A DNA stretch of 32,000 bases, taken from assembly GCF_035285525.1 (NCBI RefSeq), contig NZ_JAYKGW010000193.1:14824-46823 (forward strand), written 5' to 3'. The number at the start of each line of letters is the position of its first letter. Positions within the stretch are counted from its first letter, which is position 1. The stretch comes from Okeania sp. Lineage in GTDB: Bacteria > Cyanobacteriota > Cyanobacteriia > Cyanobacteriales > Microcoleaceae. A program made the position numbers and the translations under genes. This document shows, piece after piece, positions 1-7,484 of this stretch. The notes below the pieces were generated by a model. That model made no database searches. It was not told the DNA's origin and was given only the letters and a program-made list of their open reading frames with translations.

Positions 1-219
1 TTTAGAATACTCCCTAATTAAGTAAGAACCTGGAGTCCACACTGGCATTTTTAAATCCAGTTTTTGAGAAGTTGTGAATAATGAGGAAGATAGTTCTTTA
101 ACCCTAACAGACAAACTAACCTCAAACAGATGGGATTCTGGATGAGGCATTGATACTTTATATTGAATTGCTGGAGTTCTAGTAGTCGGACTTATAGGTA
201 ATACTTTAGCGTCAGTCAT
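1..219 (-). CDS. M61 family metallopeptidase (glycyl-aminopeptidase-like); N-terminal 73 codons only, gene runs off the left edge
   Basis: Not in the ORF track because there is no stop inside the window. Hand translation from the ATG at 219-217 gives MTDAKVLPISPTTRTPAIQYKVSMPHPESHLFEVSLSVRVKELSSSLFTTSQKLDLKMPVWTPGSYLIREYSK. The YxVxMPxPxxHLFEV and MPVWTPGSYL(I/V)REY blocks match what I recall of cyanobacterial M61 N-termini. Confidence 0.6.
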   Translation of the reverse strand, partial: MTDAKVLPISPTTRTPAIQYKVSMPHPESHLFEVSLSVRVKELSSSLFTTSQKLDLKMPVWTPGSYLIREYSK

Positions 220-370
220 ACTTGTGGATTTTTGATTTAATTTATTAAATTAAGTATATATTTTTTTCTCTTTTAAAAAGCATATCAATCTATGACCTTA
301 ATGTAAATTATTTAAGCAAAATAGCTACAATTGTATTAACTTAATCACTTGCCAAAATAATTAATCCAGT

Positions 371-1054
371 TTAGTGACTAGCTAAATGAATTAAACGTTT
401 AATATTAAGTATTTCAATTAACTGATGTTCTGGAACTATACTAATCCAACCCTTAGCCTCCAATTTTTCCATAATTTTTATAGCTTCCTCCATTTTAATA
501 TCCGTAATATCTGCTAAGTCTTGGTTAGAAATATTAAATATTTCAGATGTTTTTTCCATAGTATGACCGTAGTTTTCAGCTAATTCTACTAATGTATTTG
601 CAAGTTTTACCGCTGGAGGTTTATGACGTAGTTGTTGATGAATATTTGCTTGCCTGAGACGCTTCACCATCAATTGTAACATTCGGTGATGTAACTGAGG
701 GTCTTTGAAGAGAGTTTGAATAAATCTTTGAGCCGAAATACTGATCAAACGAACTGGAGATAATGCCACAACATCATTTGACCGGGGTGATTCATCTAAA
801 ATGGCCATTTCACCAAAAAAATCTCCCCTTCCCATAATAGCCAGTGCAATCGAGTTGTCCCCTGATAATCTGTGTCTGACTTTGACCCAGCCAGATACCA
901 AAAAGTAAACTGCATTACCCCAAGCATCTTCCATTAAGACAACTCTATTGGAGGGATACTCGTGTTTGACTGCAACGGATAAGAGCCATTCTAAAGTTTC
1001 TGGATTAGCTCCCTTAAATAAAGGAAAAAGCTCACTGAAAGCTTCTGTCTGCAT
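371..1054 (-). CDS. Crp/Fnr-family transcriptional regulator (cNMP-binding domain plus C-terminal HTH)
   Basis: 227-aa ORF. It has a cNMP-binding beta-barrel signature (VYFLVSGWVKV...GRGDFFGEMAILD) and a C-terminal HTH-like segment (ISNQDLADITDIKMEEAIKIMEKLEAKGWI). It is not NtcA by sequence. Confidence 0.85.
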   Translation of the reverse strand: MQTEAFSELFPLFKGANPETLEWLLSVAVKHEYPSNRVVLMEDAWGNAVYFLVSGWVKVRHRLSGDNSIALAIMGRGDFFGEMAILDESPRSNDVVALSPVRLISISAQRFIQTLFKDPQLHHRMLQLMVKRLRQANIHQQLRHKPPAVKLANTLVELAENYGHTMEKTSEIFNISNQDLADITDIKMEEAIKIMEKLEAKGWISIVPEHQLIEILNIKRLIHLASH

Positions 1055-1301
1055 GAGAATTAGAACTCTTTATTGTATTTTGTGATTGTTAAATTCATAT
1101 AGCTATCATACTAGAGTTTTTTCTAATTCAACACAATTATATCTTTTAGGGTTTGTTTATGAAAGTCTTTTAGTAGGGGGAAGGAGTCAGAAGTCAGAAT
1201 CCAGAATCGAGGATGAATGAGAATCATAGAAGGGGTAGGCAGAAGAATCTTCCCTTGATTTTCTACCTTCTGCCTTCCTTTTGCCTTCCTTTCAAAATAG
1301 C

Positions 1302-1323
1302 AAAAAAAAAACGGGCTAACCCG
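1302..1323 (-). terminator. Weak intrinsic terminator after ycf35
   Basis: On the minus strand: CGGGTTAGCCCG (4-bp stem) followed by T10. It lies 40 nt downstream of the ycf35 stop. Confidence 0.4.
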
Positions 1324-1362
1324 ATTTTAGTTAACCCGCAAACTTGGGAATGCACAAATCAA

Positions 1363-1716
1363 TTACTTCTGTACTACCAACTTAACATTAGCGTTTTGTA
1401 GACCACGTTGCTTAACAGCAGCTAAAGTCTTATTCACAGCATACTTCTGGTTAATAGAATTAATCAACTCAGTTTGGTTGTGCTTCTTAGCAACGCCCCA
1501 CAGATCGGCAACTAGGTCAAAAGAACCATCGCTGTTGTGAGTCCAACCTAAATCATATTCGCCTTCTAAAACAGCAACGATATCAGAACGTACACTTTGG
1601 CCATTGTAGCCACGAACATCAGCGTCAGTTTTTACTGTAATTCCTAAATCACGCAGGGAAGCTTTTAAAATTTCAGCGTCAGTGATTTTAGTACGCAATG
1701 TGCTAAAGTGAGACAT
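1363..1716 (-). CDS. ycf35: Ycf35 / DUF1257 family protein
   Basis: 117-aa ORF with AGGAGG 8 nt upstream. MSHFSTL(R/K)T.I.D...L..SL.DLG and the DLGW...DG.FDL.ADLWGV blocks are as I recall for Ycf35. Confidence 0.8.
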   Translation of the reverse strand: MSHFSTLRTKITDAEILKASLRDLGITVKTDADVRGYNGQSVRSDIVAVLEGEYDLGWTHNSDGSFDLVADLWGVAKKHNQTELINSINQKYAVNKTLAAVKQRGLQNANVKLVVQK

Positions 1717-1868
1717 TTGGATTTCCTCCTAAATTTAAAATTAAAACAGAGATAACAACGGTTTTTATGGAACAATACCACAGTAGATGTGGTTTTTTTT
1801 TGGGAAACTGCTAGCAACTTTAATTTAGTTTACTAGCCTTTACTCCTGTTTGTGCCAGGAGAAAGCTT

Positions 1869-3395
1869 TTAAAACTCCAGTCTTTGATACTCGGCGACTG
1901 AAGATGCAGCAGGCCGCGCACGTTGTCTTGCCCAATCTCTCAGAGCAGTAACTTGCTCTGTCATAGTCTTTGACAACGGTAGTGTAGATTTTATGGCGGC
2001 AATAATATCTAGCTGCGTAAATTCTCTATTTTGAGCAAATGCTTCATACATAGCAGCAATTATGGCTTGCTCTATTTCTGCACCGGAAAAGCCATCGGAT
2101 ACTTTAGATAGTTGATCTATATCGAAGCGTTCAATATCTCGACGTCTTTTTGTTAAGTGAATTTGGAAAATATCTTGGCGTTCTTCTTTGTTTGGTAAAT
2201 CTACAAAGAAAATTTCATCAAATCTACCTTTCCTTAAAAACTCTCCTGGTAGACGCTCTACCCGGTTGGCAGTTGCCATGACAAATACTGGAGAAGTTTT
2301 TTCCTGCATCCAAGTCAGGAATGAACCAAATATTCGACTAGAAGTACCTCCATCAGAGTCCCCTGAACCAGCACTGCCTGCAAAGGCTTTATCCAACTCA
2401 TCTATAAAGAGAATTGCTGGTGAAATTGATTCGGCTGTTTTGAGAGCATTTCGTAAGTTAGCTTCAGACCGTCCTACCATTGAACCATCGTATACTCTTC
2501 CCATATCCAAGCGCAATAGAGGTAGACCCCAAAGACGAGATGTAGTCTTTGCGATTAGAGATTTGCCACATCCGGGTATTCCCAGAATTAACATTCCTTT
2601 TGGTTGAGGAAGTCCATATTCACGGGCACGCTCTGTGAAGGCATCAGAACGTTGTTTTAACCAACGTTTTAATTCTTCTAAACCACCTACAGCATCTATA
2701 GTTTCATCTTCTTCGATATACTCTAGGATGCCATTGCGCTTGATAAGTTGTTTTTTCTCAGATAGTACGATGTCAACTTCGTTTTCAGTTAGCCTTCCTG
2801 CTGTTACTTGGGCTTTACGATAGACTTTTTCGGCTTCATCTTTTGTTAAACCCAGAGTTGCTTTCAGGAGCTTTTCCCTTGTATCTTTGGAAATACGACG
2901 GTTTTTACTATACTCTAATTGCCGTGATAGAACTTGGTCCAGTTCCTTCATACTTGGCAGTGGAAAGTCAAGGACAACTACTTCCTTTTCTAATTCTATG
3001 GGGACATTCTGCACTGGAGACATTAATATTATTGTCTTGTTTGTGCCTTTAAAAAAGGTGATCGCATCCCTCAACCACCTTGTTACTGGTGGTGAATCAA
3101 TGAATGGGTGTAAGTCTTTAAATACAAATATTGTTCCTACACTACCATTATTAGGATCTCGCTGCCTGATTGCCCACTCTATAGCTGCCTCTGGTGAGAC
3201 TGTATTATGCTGAGTTGTGTTTTTGCTTTGGCCATACTCTACGATACCGTGAGTTACTGTCCAAACAAATACTTTGCGTATAGGTTTGACCTTAGCTAAT
3301 CCATCAATTGCTTGCTCTGACCGCTCTTCCTCAGAGGTTACGAGGTAGATCAAAGGATATTGAGCTTGGATTAGAATATTTAGTTCTTCTTTCAT
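1869..3395 (-). CDS. ycf46: AAA+ ATPase, Ycf46 family
   Basis: 508-aa ORF. Walker A is GIPGCGKS, Walker B is ILFIDELD, and the second region of homology is ATANRVERLPGEFLRKGRFDE. The N-terminus MKEELNILIQAQYPLIYLVTSEEER is typical of Ycf46. Confidence 0.9.
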   Translation of the reverse strand: MKEELNILIQAQYPLIYLVTSEEERSEQAIDGLAKVKPIRKVFVWTVTHGIVEYGQSKNTTQHNTVSPEAAIEWAIRQRDPNNGSVGTIFVFKDLHPFIDSPPVTRWLRDAITFFKGTNKTIILMSPVQNVPIELEKEVVVLDFPLPSMKELDQVLSRQLEYSKNRRISKDTREKLLKATLGLTKDEAEKVYRKAQVTAGRLTENEVDIVLSEKKQLIKRNGILEYIEEDETIDAVGGLEELKRWLKQRSDAFTERAREYGLPQPKGMLILGIPGCGKSLIAKTTSRLWGLPLLRLDMGRVYDGSMVGRSEANLRNALKTAESISPAILFIDELDKAFAGSAGSGDSDGGTSSRIFGSFLTWMQEKTSPVFVMATANRVERLPGEFLRKGRFDEIFFVDLPNKEERQDIFQIHLTKRRRDIERFDIDQLSKVSDGFSGAEIEQAIIAAMYEAFAQNREFTQLDIIAAIKSTLPLSKTMTEQVTALRDWARQRARPAASSVAEYQRLEF

Positions 3396-3631
3396 AGTCC
3401 TCGATCTAGTAGAGACGGTACAAAGTTTACAATTGCTTGATTGAAGGAAGTTATCTTTAAAATTGCCCTAGCTAGGAGTTATCACTTGTTGGAGTTTGAT
3501 GTCTCTTCATCTAAAGTCATCAGTATTAACTTAGGAATGAGGATAAAATTAAGAGCCACAGTTTTTGGCTAGGAGTACCACAATGGAATACTTCTGTACA
3601 AAAAATCTGGAAGTTAATAAATCTCCATTCT

Positions 3632-3985
3632 TTAGCAGGGAACTAATTCTTGTTCTCCCGGTTGAGTTTCAGATATTTCTGATTCCGGGATTTGCTTCAG
3701 AGGAATGTCCTGGTCTGCTTGTAAACTTGGCTGACTTTTGAGGGATAACAGTTCTCCTTCTCTTATTACAAGCGAACTTGAACAGTCTGGACAAGTGTAT
3801 ACCCGGTGGGTTTGTCCATGTATTGAACCTAATTCGTCGTCAACTATTTCTGAGTTTTCTAAATAAAATAGAATTGCTCTTTCTGCTATTGATGACATTG
3901 GTTCCGAGTCAACTGCAGCCCTTATTTTGAGCTGGCGATGCAGTTTTGGTTGTATGTATAATGTAACTTTTTGCTTGTCTTGCAT
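3632..3985 (-). CDS. Small protein with ribbon-helix-helix-like N-terminus and Cys-containing C-terminal half (function unknown)
   Basis: 117-aa ORF. KVTLYIQPKLHRQLKIRAAVDSEPMSSIAERAILFYLE resembles a CopG/Arc-type beta-alpha-alpha module. It also has YTCPDCSS and a terminal Cys. The product assignment is inference only. Confidence 0.55.
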   Translation of the reverse strand: MQDKQKVTLYIQPKLHRQLKIRAAVDSEPMSSIAERAILFYLENSEIVDDELGSIHGQTHRVYTCPDCSSSLVIREGELLSLKSQPSLQADQDIPLKQIPESEISETQPGEQELVPC

Positions 3986-4118
3986 ATGACAGTCAACTTG
4001 TTTACCCGGGTATGTATATTACTTTAATGATTCTTCTTCAGAATGTCAAGCGGTTTAACCGCTTTGACTCTATTATTGTAATATATCTTTACATTTAGGT
4101 CAATCATAAAATTAAAAT

Positions 4119-4160
4119 AAAAGCTGTAAGTATTGCCTAGAGAATACTTACAGCTTTTTT
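4119..4160 (-). terminator. Strong bidirectional intrinsic terminator
   Basis: Perfect 16-bp stem (AAAAGCTGTAAGTATT / AATACTTACAGCTTTT) with an 8-nt loop. It is flanked by an A-run and a T-run, so it carries a U-tail on either strand. It separates the methyltransferase/VOC unit from the RHH gene. Confidence 0.65.
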
Positions 4161-4226
4161 ATTATGATTGTTTAAATAAAAATTGAAAACAAAAACTGAA
4201 AAATATTATATCTTTAACTAGGAAGG

Positions 4227-4310
4227 AAGGCAGAAGGCATAAGGCATAAGGCATAAGGCATAAGGCATAAGGCAGAAGGCATAAGGCATAAGGCATAAGG
4301 CAGAAGGAAA
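4227..4310. repeat. Tandem heptamer array (AAGGCAT/AAGGCAG), 12 units, STRR-like
   Basis: Counted directly; the period is exactly 7. It generates the spurious ORF 4162-4413. Confidence 0.95.
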
Positions 4311-4658
4311 AGAAAGGTTGAGAAGGAAAAAGTTTTTTTAAAGGAGATGGGGTGATGGGGAGTAATTTTTTTCCAACATTTTGCCCAAAATCCCCTCCTT
4401 TTTGATTTTTCACCGATTTCTCACCGATTTCTCACGCCCACCGTACCGTACCGTGCATGAGTAGTTCAAACAAGGGTACTTTTTTACACCCTAAAAATTA
4501 TAAAACCTTTATCTGTAAAGACTTTAATATTTAATCAGCCAGCTCTAATATAGTTCAGCTTTTTCATGCCTACCTACTTATTTACACTCAATGTCTGGCC
4601 ATTCATCTGATTAGCGTAAAATTTACGCTAACAGTTTTCTATTTTGTCCAAAGTCCAA

Positions 4659-5084
4659 TTAGGGCAAATCAGTTGAATAATGACCCGGTATGTCTTCTAA
4701 CCACTGAATAAACTCAATTATATTATTATCAGGATCGCAGGTAAATATCCAACTACAATGCCCTGGCATCAGCAAAGGCCCCTTAATGATAGGTAGTTCT
4801 TTCTCTTTTAACATTGATACAACTTCTGCCATATTTTCTGTCCTAAAAGCAACTTGAGGGCAATAAGGCTGCTTCAATGGCTTCTTTTCAAAGTTTTTTT
4901 CCTTGACAAATTGTAAAAGTTCTAAATTACCACCATTTCCTTGTAATTCAAGGAAAGCATATGCTTCATGGTTGCTTTCATCCACTTTCTTAAGTAATAG
5001 TTTTAGCCCTAATTTTTCAGTATAAAACTTGATGGACTCATCTAAGTTAGAAACTTCAAAAGCAAAGTGATCTACCTTAAACAT
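4659..5084 (-). CDS. VOC (glyoxalase/bleomycin-resistance/dioxygenase) family protein
   Basis: 141-aa ORF with AGGAGG upstream. The N-terminal (I/V)DH.AF.V.(D/N)L..S..FY...LG motif and overall beta-alpha-beta-beta-beta pattern fit the family. Confidence 0.8.
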   Translation of the reverse strand: MFKVDHFAFEVSNLDESIKFYTEKLGLKLLLKKVDESNHEAYAFLELQGNGGNLELLQFVKEKNFEKKPLKQPYCPQVAFRTENMAEVVSMLKEKELPIIKGPLLMPGHCSWIFTCDPDNNIIEFIQWLEDIPGHYSTDLP

Positions 5085-5093
5085 AGGTTTCCT

Positions 5094-5131
5094 CCTAATA
5101 ATTTCTTATTTCCCTAATAATTTCTTATTTC
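5094..5131. repeat. Perfect 19-bp tandem duplication (CCTAATAATTTCTTATTTC x2) at the VOC ribosome-binding site
   Basis: Read directly: 5094-5112 equals 5113-5131. The first copy overlaps the complement of the AGGAGG Shine-Dalgarno. Confidence 0.9.
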
Positions 5132-5230
5132 CCTGATACCATAGTATATAGCCTAGCTGGTTAGAGAAAGTTATAAAAAGCTTTTAGGATTACAAACATA
5201 ATTTATCTAAGTTTCTAATTAATTGAAAAA

Positions 5231-6142
5231 TCATTCGTCCCAATCTTGGTAATAGTTTGATATTTCCAAATCTTTTTCCAAAAAGATCCCCCAATTACCC
5301 TCAAAGTCAAGAATTCTCCAAAAGTATTTCAAGAACAGACTAACAACCGGCCAATTCCTGGGATAATGATAATGTTTTTTAGAAAAAACAGGCTTCCAGC
5401 CAGAATGTATAAATAACAAATTCCAATCTTCAGGACTGAGTTCAAAAATGTGTGTTTCTTCAGCAGAAACTGGTTCTTTGACGTCGTTTCTGATTCGATG
5501 TAGTCCGACACGACTTTTTTCAAAGTAAGGAACAGTTACAAACAGGTAATTACCTTTCGACTTTTTTGCCAAGCGACGCAAAAACATCACGGGATCGTGT
5601 AAATGTTCTAGCATCTGAAAAGAAGTAAATAGATCGGTGCTTTGGCTTCCTAAATCTAAGTCTTCTGCACGACATAAAATTGCTTTTAATCCTCTACTTT
5701 TGATTTTTTCAATTGCTTTAGGATCTAAATTAACGCTAATGGTTTCTATTTTCTTAACCTTGTCTTTCAGTAATTCAGAAAAATAGAGACAATGAGTTCC
5801 CGATGAATCACCAATATCAACAAGGGTAAAAATTTCTTGGTCTTGAAATGATGCTTTTGACATTATCTCAAGGAGCATTTGACATTGAAAAGCTTGAACC
5901 GCTCTTTCTTTCTCTTCAATAACTCCTTTATAAGTATAGTGAGTTTCTTGTGCTGAAATATCAGGCACGGTTTTTTGTAACCTTTCAATCAAAGATCGAG
6001 TTTTTTCTTGTCTGATAATTTGTTTAATTGACCAACTAGCAATTGGATAGATAAATTTCAGTAAAAAAGCTTCAAGTTCAGACAGTTTACTATTGGGAAT
6101 TACCCCTTTATACATTAGCCAATAAAAGTTATCTAGTTTCAT
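5231..6142 (-). CDS. Class I SAM-dependent methyltransferase with about 100-aa N-terminal extension
   Basis: 303-aa ORF. Motif I-like is LVDIGDSSG, with an acidic loop NLD and post-I/II blocks (FTSFQMLEHLHDP). The substrate is unknown. Confidence 0.75.
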   Translation of the reverse strand: MKLDNFYWLMYKGVIPNSKLSELEAFLLKFIYPIASWSIKQIIRQEKTRSLIERLQKTVPDISAQETHYTYKGVIEEKERAVQAFQCQMLLEIMSKASFQDQEIFTLVDIGDSSGTHCLYFSELLKDKVKKIETISVNLDPKAIEKIKSRGLKAILCRAEDLDLGSQSTDLFTSFQMLEHLHDPVMFLRRLAKKSKGNYLFVTVPYFEKSRVGLHRIRNDVKEPVSAEETHIFELSPEDWNLLFIHSGWKPVFSKKHYHYPRNWPVVSLFLKYFWRILDFEGNWGIFLEKDLEISNYYQDWDE

Positions 6143-6160
6143 AGAATCACCATCTTTTTT

Positions 6161-6883
6161 CTAAGTTTTTTGACAAATTAATACTCTTCTCCAAGATTGA
6201 TTTTCATCAAAAGGATTACCCAAAAGATCGCCGTAGGTTTCGACAATTTCAAATCCAGTTTTTGGGATATCTTCTAATAATAAAGTAGGAGAATATAGGA
6301 ATTCATCACAGGTGATTTCATCTTTTTGAAATTCCCCCAAACTCTGGCGGAAAATATACCAATATTCTCGCCAAAAATTTTCTATTTTTAAACTTTGAGT
6401 CACCACAACAATTGAGCTATCTTCGTTAGCATAAGTTTCTTGGGTTAGATTACTTTTCTCAATTTCTACGCGATGATTGGGTAATTCTAGAAACAGAATT
6501 CCCCCTGTTTTTAAATGTTCATAGCTACAGGACAAACACTGATTCATTTCCTGTTGGTTTTGCAATAAAGTCAAGGTAGAACTTAAAATTAAAATAGCAT
6601 CAAAACTTTTTGGGAGATTGAAGGAGCGCATATCTCCTTGATGCAATTTTAAGTCAGCTTCTTTTTTCTGAGTGACTTTGATCATCTCAGGGCTAATTTC
6701 CAACCCCTCGATATTGAATCCCTGCTGCTTTAGAGGAATAGTAAATAAACCTGAACCACAGCCAAGTTCTAAAATTTCCTGTCTTTGATACTTCTGCAAA
6801 ATATCAACAACAAAGGGAACTTTTTCATGGACATCAGTATATACCAAGTCATAAGCATCATTGATGCTATCATATACAGTCAT
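6161..6883 (-). CDS. Class I SAM-dependent methyltransferase (TylM1-like small-molecule MTase fold)
   Basis: 240-aa ORF. Motif I is ILELGCGSG, with a GLEISPEMI acidic loop and QGDMRSF..FDAIL. It lies 18 nt upstream of the next MTase, so it is probably co-transcribed. Confidence 0.85.
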   Translation of the reverse strand: MTVYDSINDAYDLVYTDVHEKVPFVVDILQKYQRQEILELGCGSGLFTIPLKQQGFNIEGLEISPEMIKVTQKKEADLKLHQGDMRSFNLPKSFDAILILSSTLTLLQNQQEMNQCLSCSYEHLKTGGILFLELPNHRVEIEKSNLTQETYANEDSSIVVVTQSLKIENFWREYWYIFRQSLGEFQKDEITCDEFLYSPTLLLEDIPKTGFEIVETYGDLLGNPFDENQSWRRVLICQKT

Positions 6884-7401
6884 TAATTGTCTCCTGATTA
6901 GTGTTAGTAAGTGTTGTCAAAAATATGGGAGCCTAAGATTTTTGACTTCCCAGACGGGAAGTGCCCATTAATTAATTAATTAGGCAACTCAAGAGCTATA
7001 GAAGCCATTTGATATCTATAAAGTTAGCTGGGGAGATAGGGAGATGGGGAAATTTTAGGTAAATATGGGGATATTTTTATACTTTTTTCCCTATCATTTA
7101 GTTTCTCGAATTCTTGATTCCTGACTCCTTTTTCTTTGGCCAAGATACCATATGGGTTCTATAATATCCTAGAAGGAATAGAAACAGGCAGGATACCTGT
7201 TCCACAAAACTATTAAAATCATCCCGCATCTATAGTAATACCAAATTTTAGATGTGTTAGTCTACTATAGCAATACTAAATTAGTCGTAAGATTTGATGG
7301 TAAGAGTTTTGTTTTCAAAAGCCTTTGCCCTTGGGTTTGGTTTCCGAACCCCTATATTTTTTTTCCACGAATAATTTCACACATATTTAGGACTGACGCA
7401 A

Positions 7402-7434
7402 AGAAACCCGGTTTCTACAAGAAACCGGGTTTCT
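7402..7434 (-). terminator. Perfect 15-bp-stem hairpin (AGAAACCCGGTTTCT aca AGAAACCGGGTTTCT); possible terminator of the GDPD gene, member of a dispersed hairpin family
   Basis: Read directly. It lies 50 nt downstream of the stop at 7485. Only a short T-tract follows on the minus strand. Confidence 0.45.
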
Positions 7435-7484
7435 GAGTTTAGTTGCCTAAGTGCCGAGATTGCTATACTTTACAAATCTACTTC

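Noticed and set aside
1213-1401. 62-aa plus-strand ORF. The same applies to ORFs 7254-7436, 13831-14043 and 19111-19419.
   Set aside because: All lie in heptamer, MITE or hairpin DNA or overlap a neighbouring gene end. Their sequences are repeat-derived, with no RBS or recognisable domain.
1778-1801. Plus-strand hairpin CCACA-gtaga-TGTGG plus T9 between ycf46 and ycf35, as a functional terminator or attenuator
   Set aside because: It is oriented against both flanking genes, has only a 5-bp stem, and no plus-strand transcript is evident. I noted it but could not support it as a feature.
2188-3213. Four plus-strand ORFs (139, 62, 69 and 108 aa) inside ycf46
   Set aside because: They are antisense shadows of a well-supported 508-aa AAA+ gene, with no motifs of their own. 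The same reasoning applies to 5329-5523, 7633-7875, 8023-8217, 10160-10384, 11542-11724, 18298-18480, 23043-23276, 24621-24806 and 29291-29566.
3409-3421. NtcA-like GTA-N-TAC site upstream of ycf46. A second one lies at about 13304-13318.
   Set aside because: The spacings are N7 and N9 respectively rather than the required N8, and the second lies inside a MITE.
4162-4413. 83-aa ORF (…CLMPYALCLLPYALCLMPYALC…)
   Set aside because: It is the translation of the AAGGCAT heptamer array and flanking low-complexity DNA. It has periodic repeat-derived composition and no RBS.
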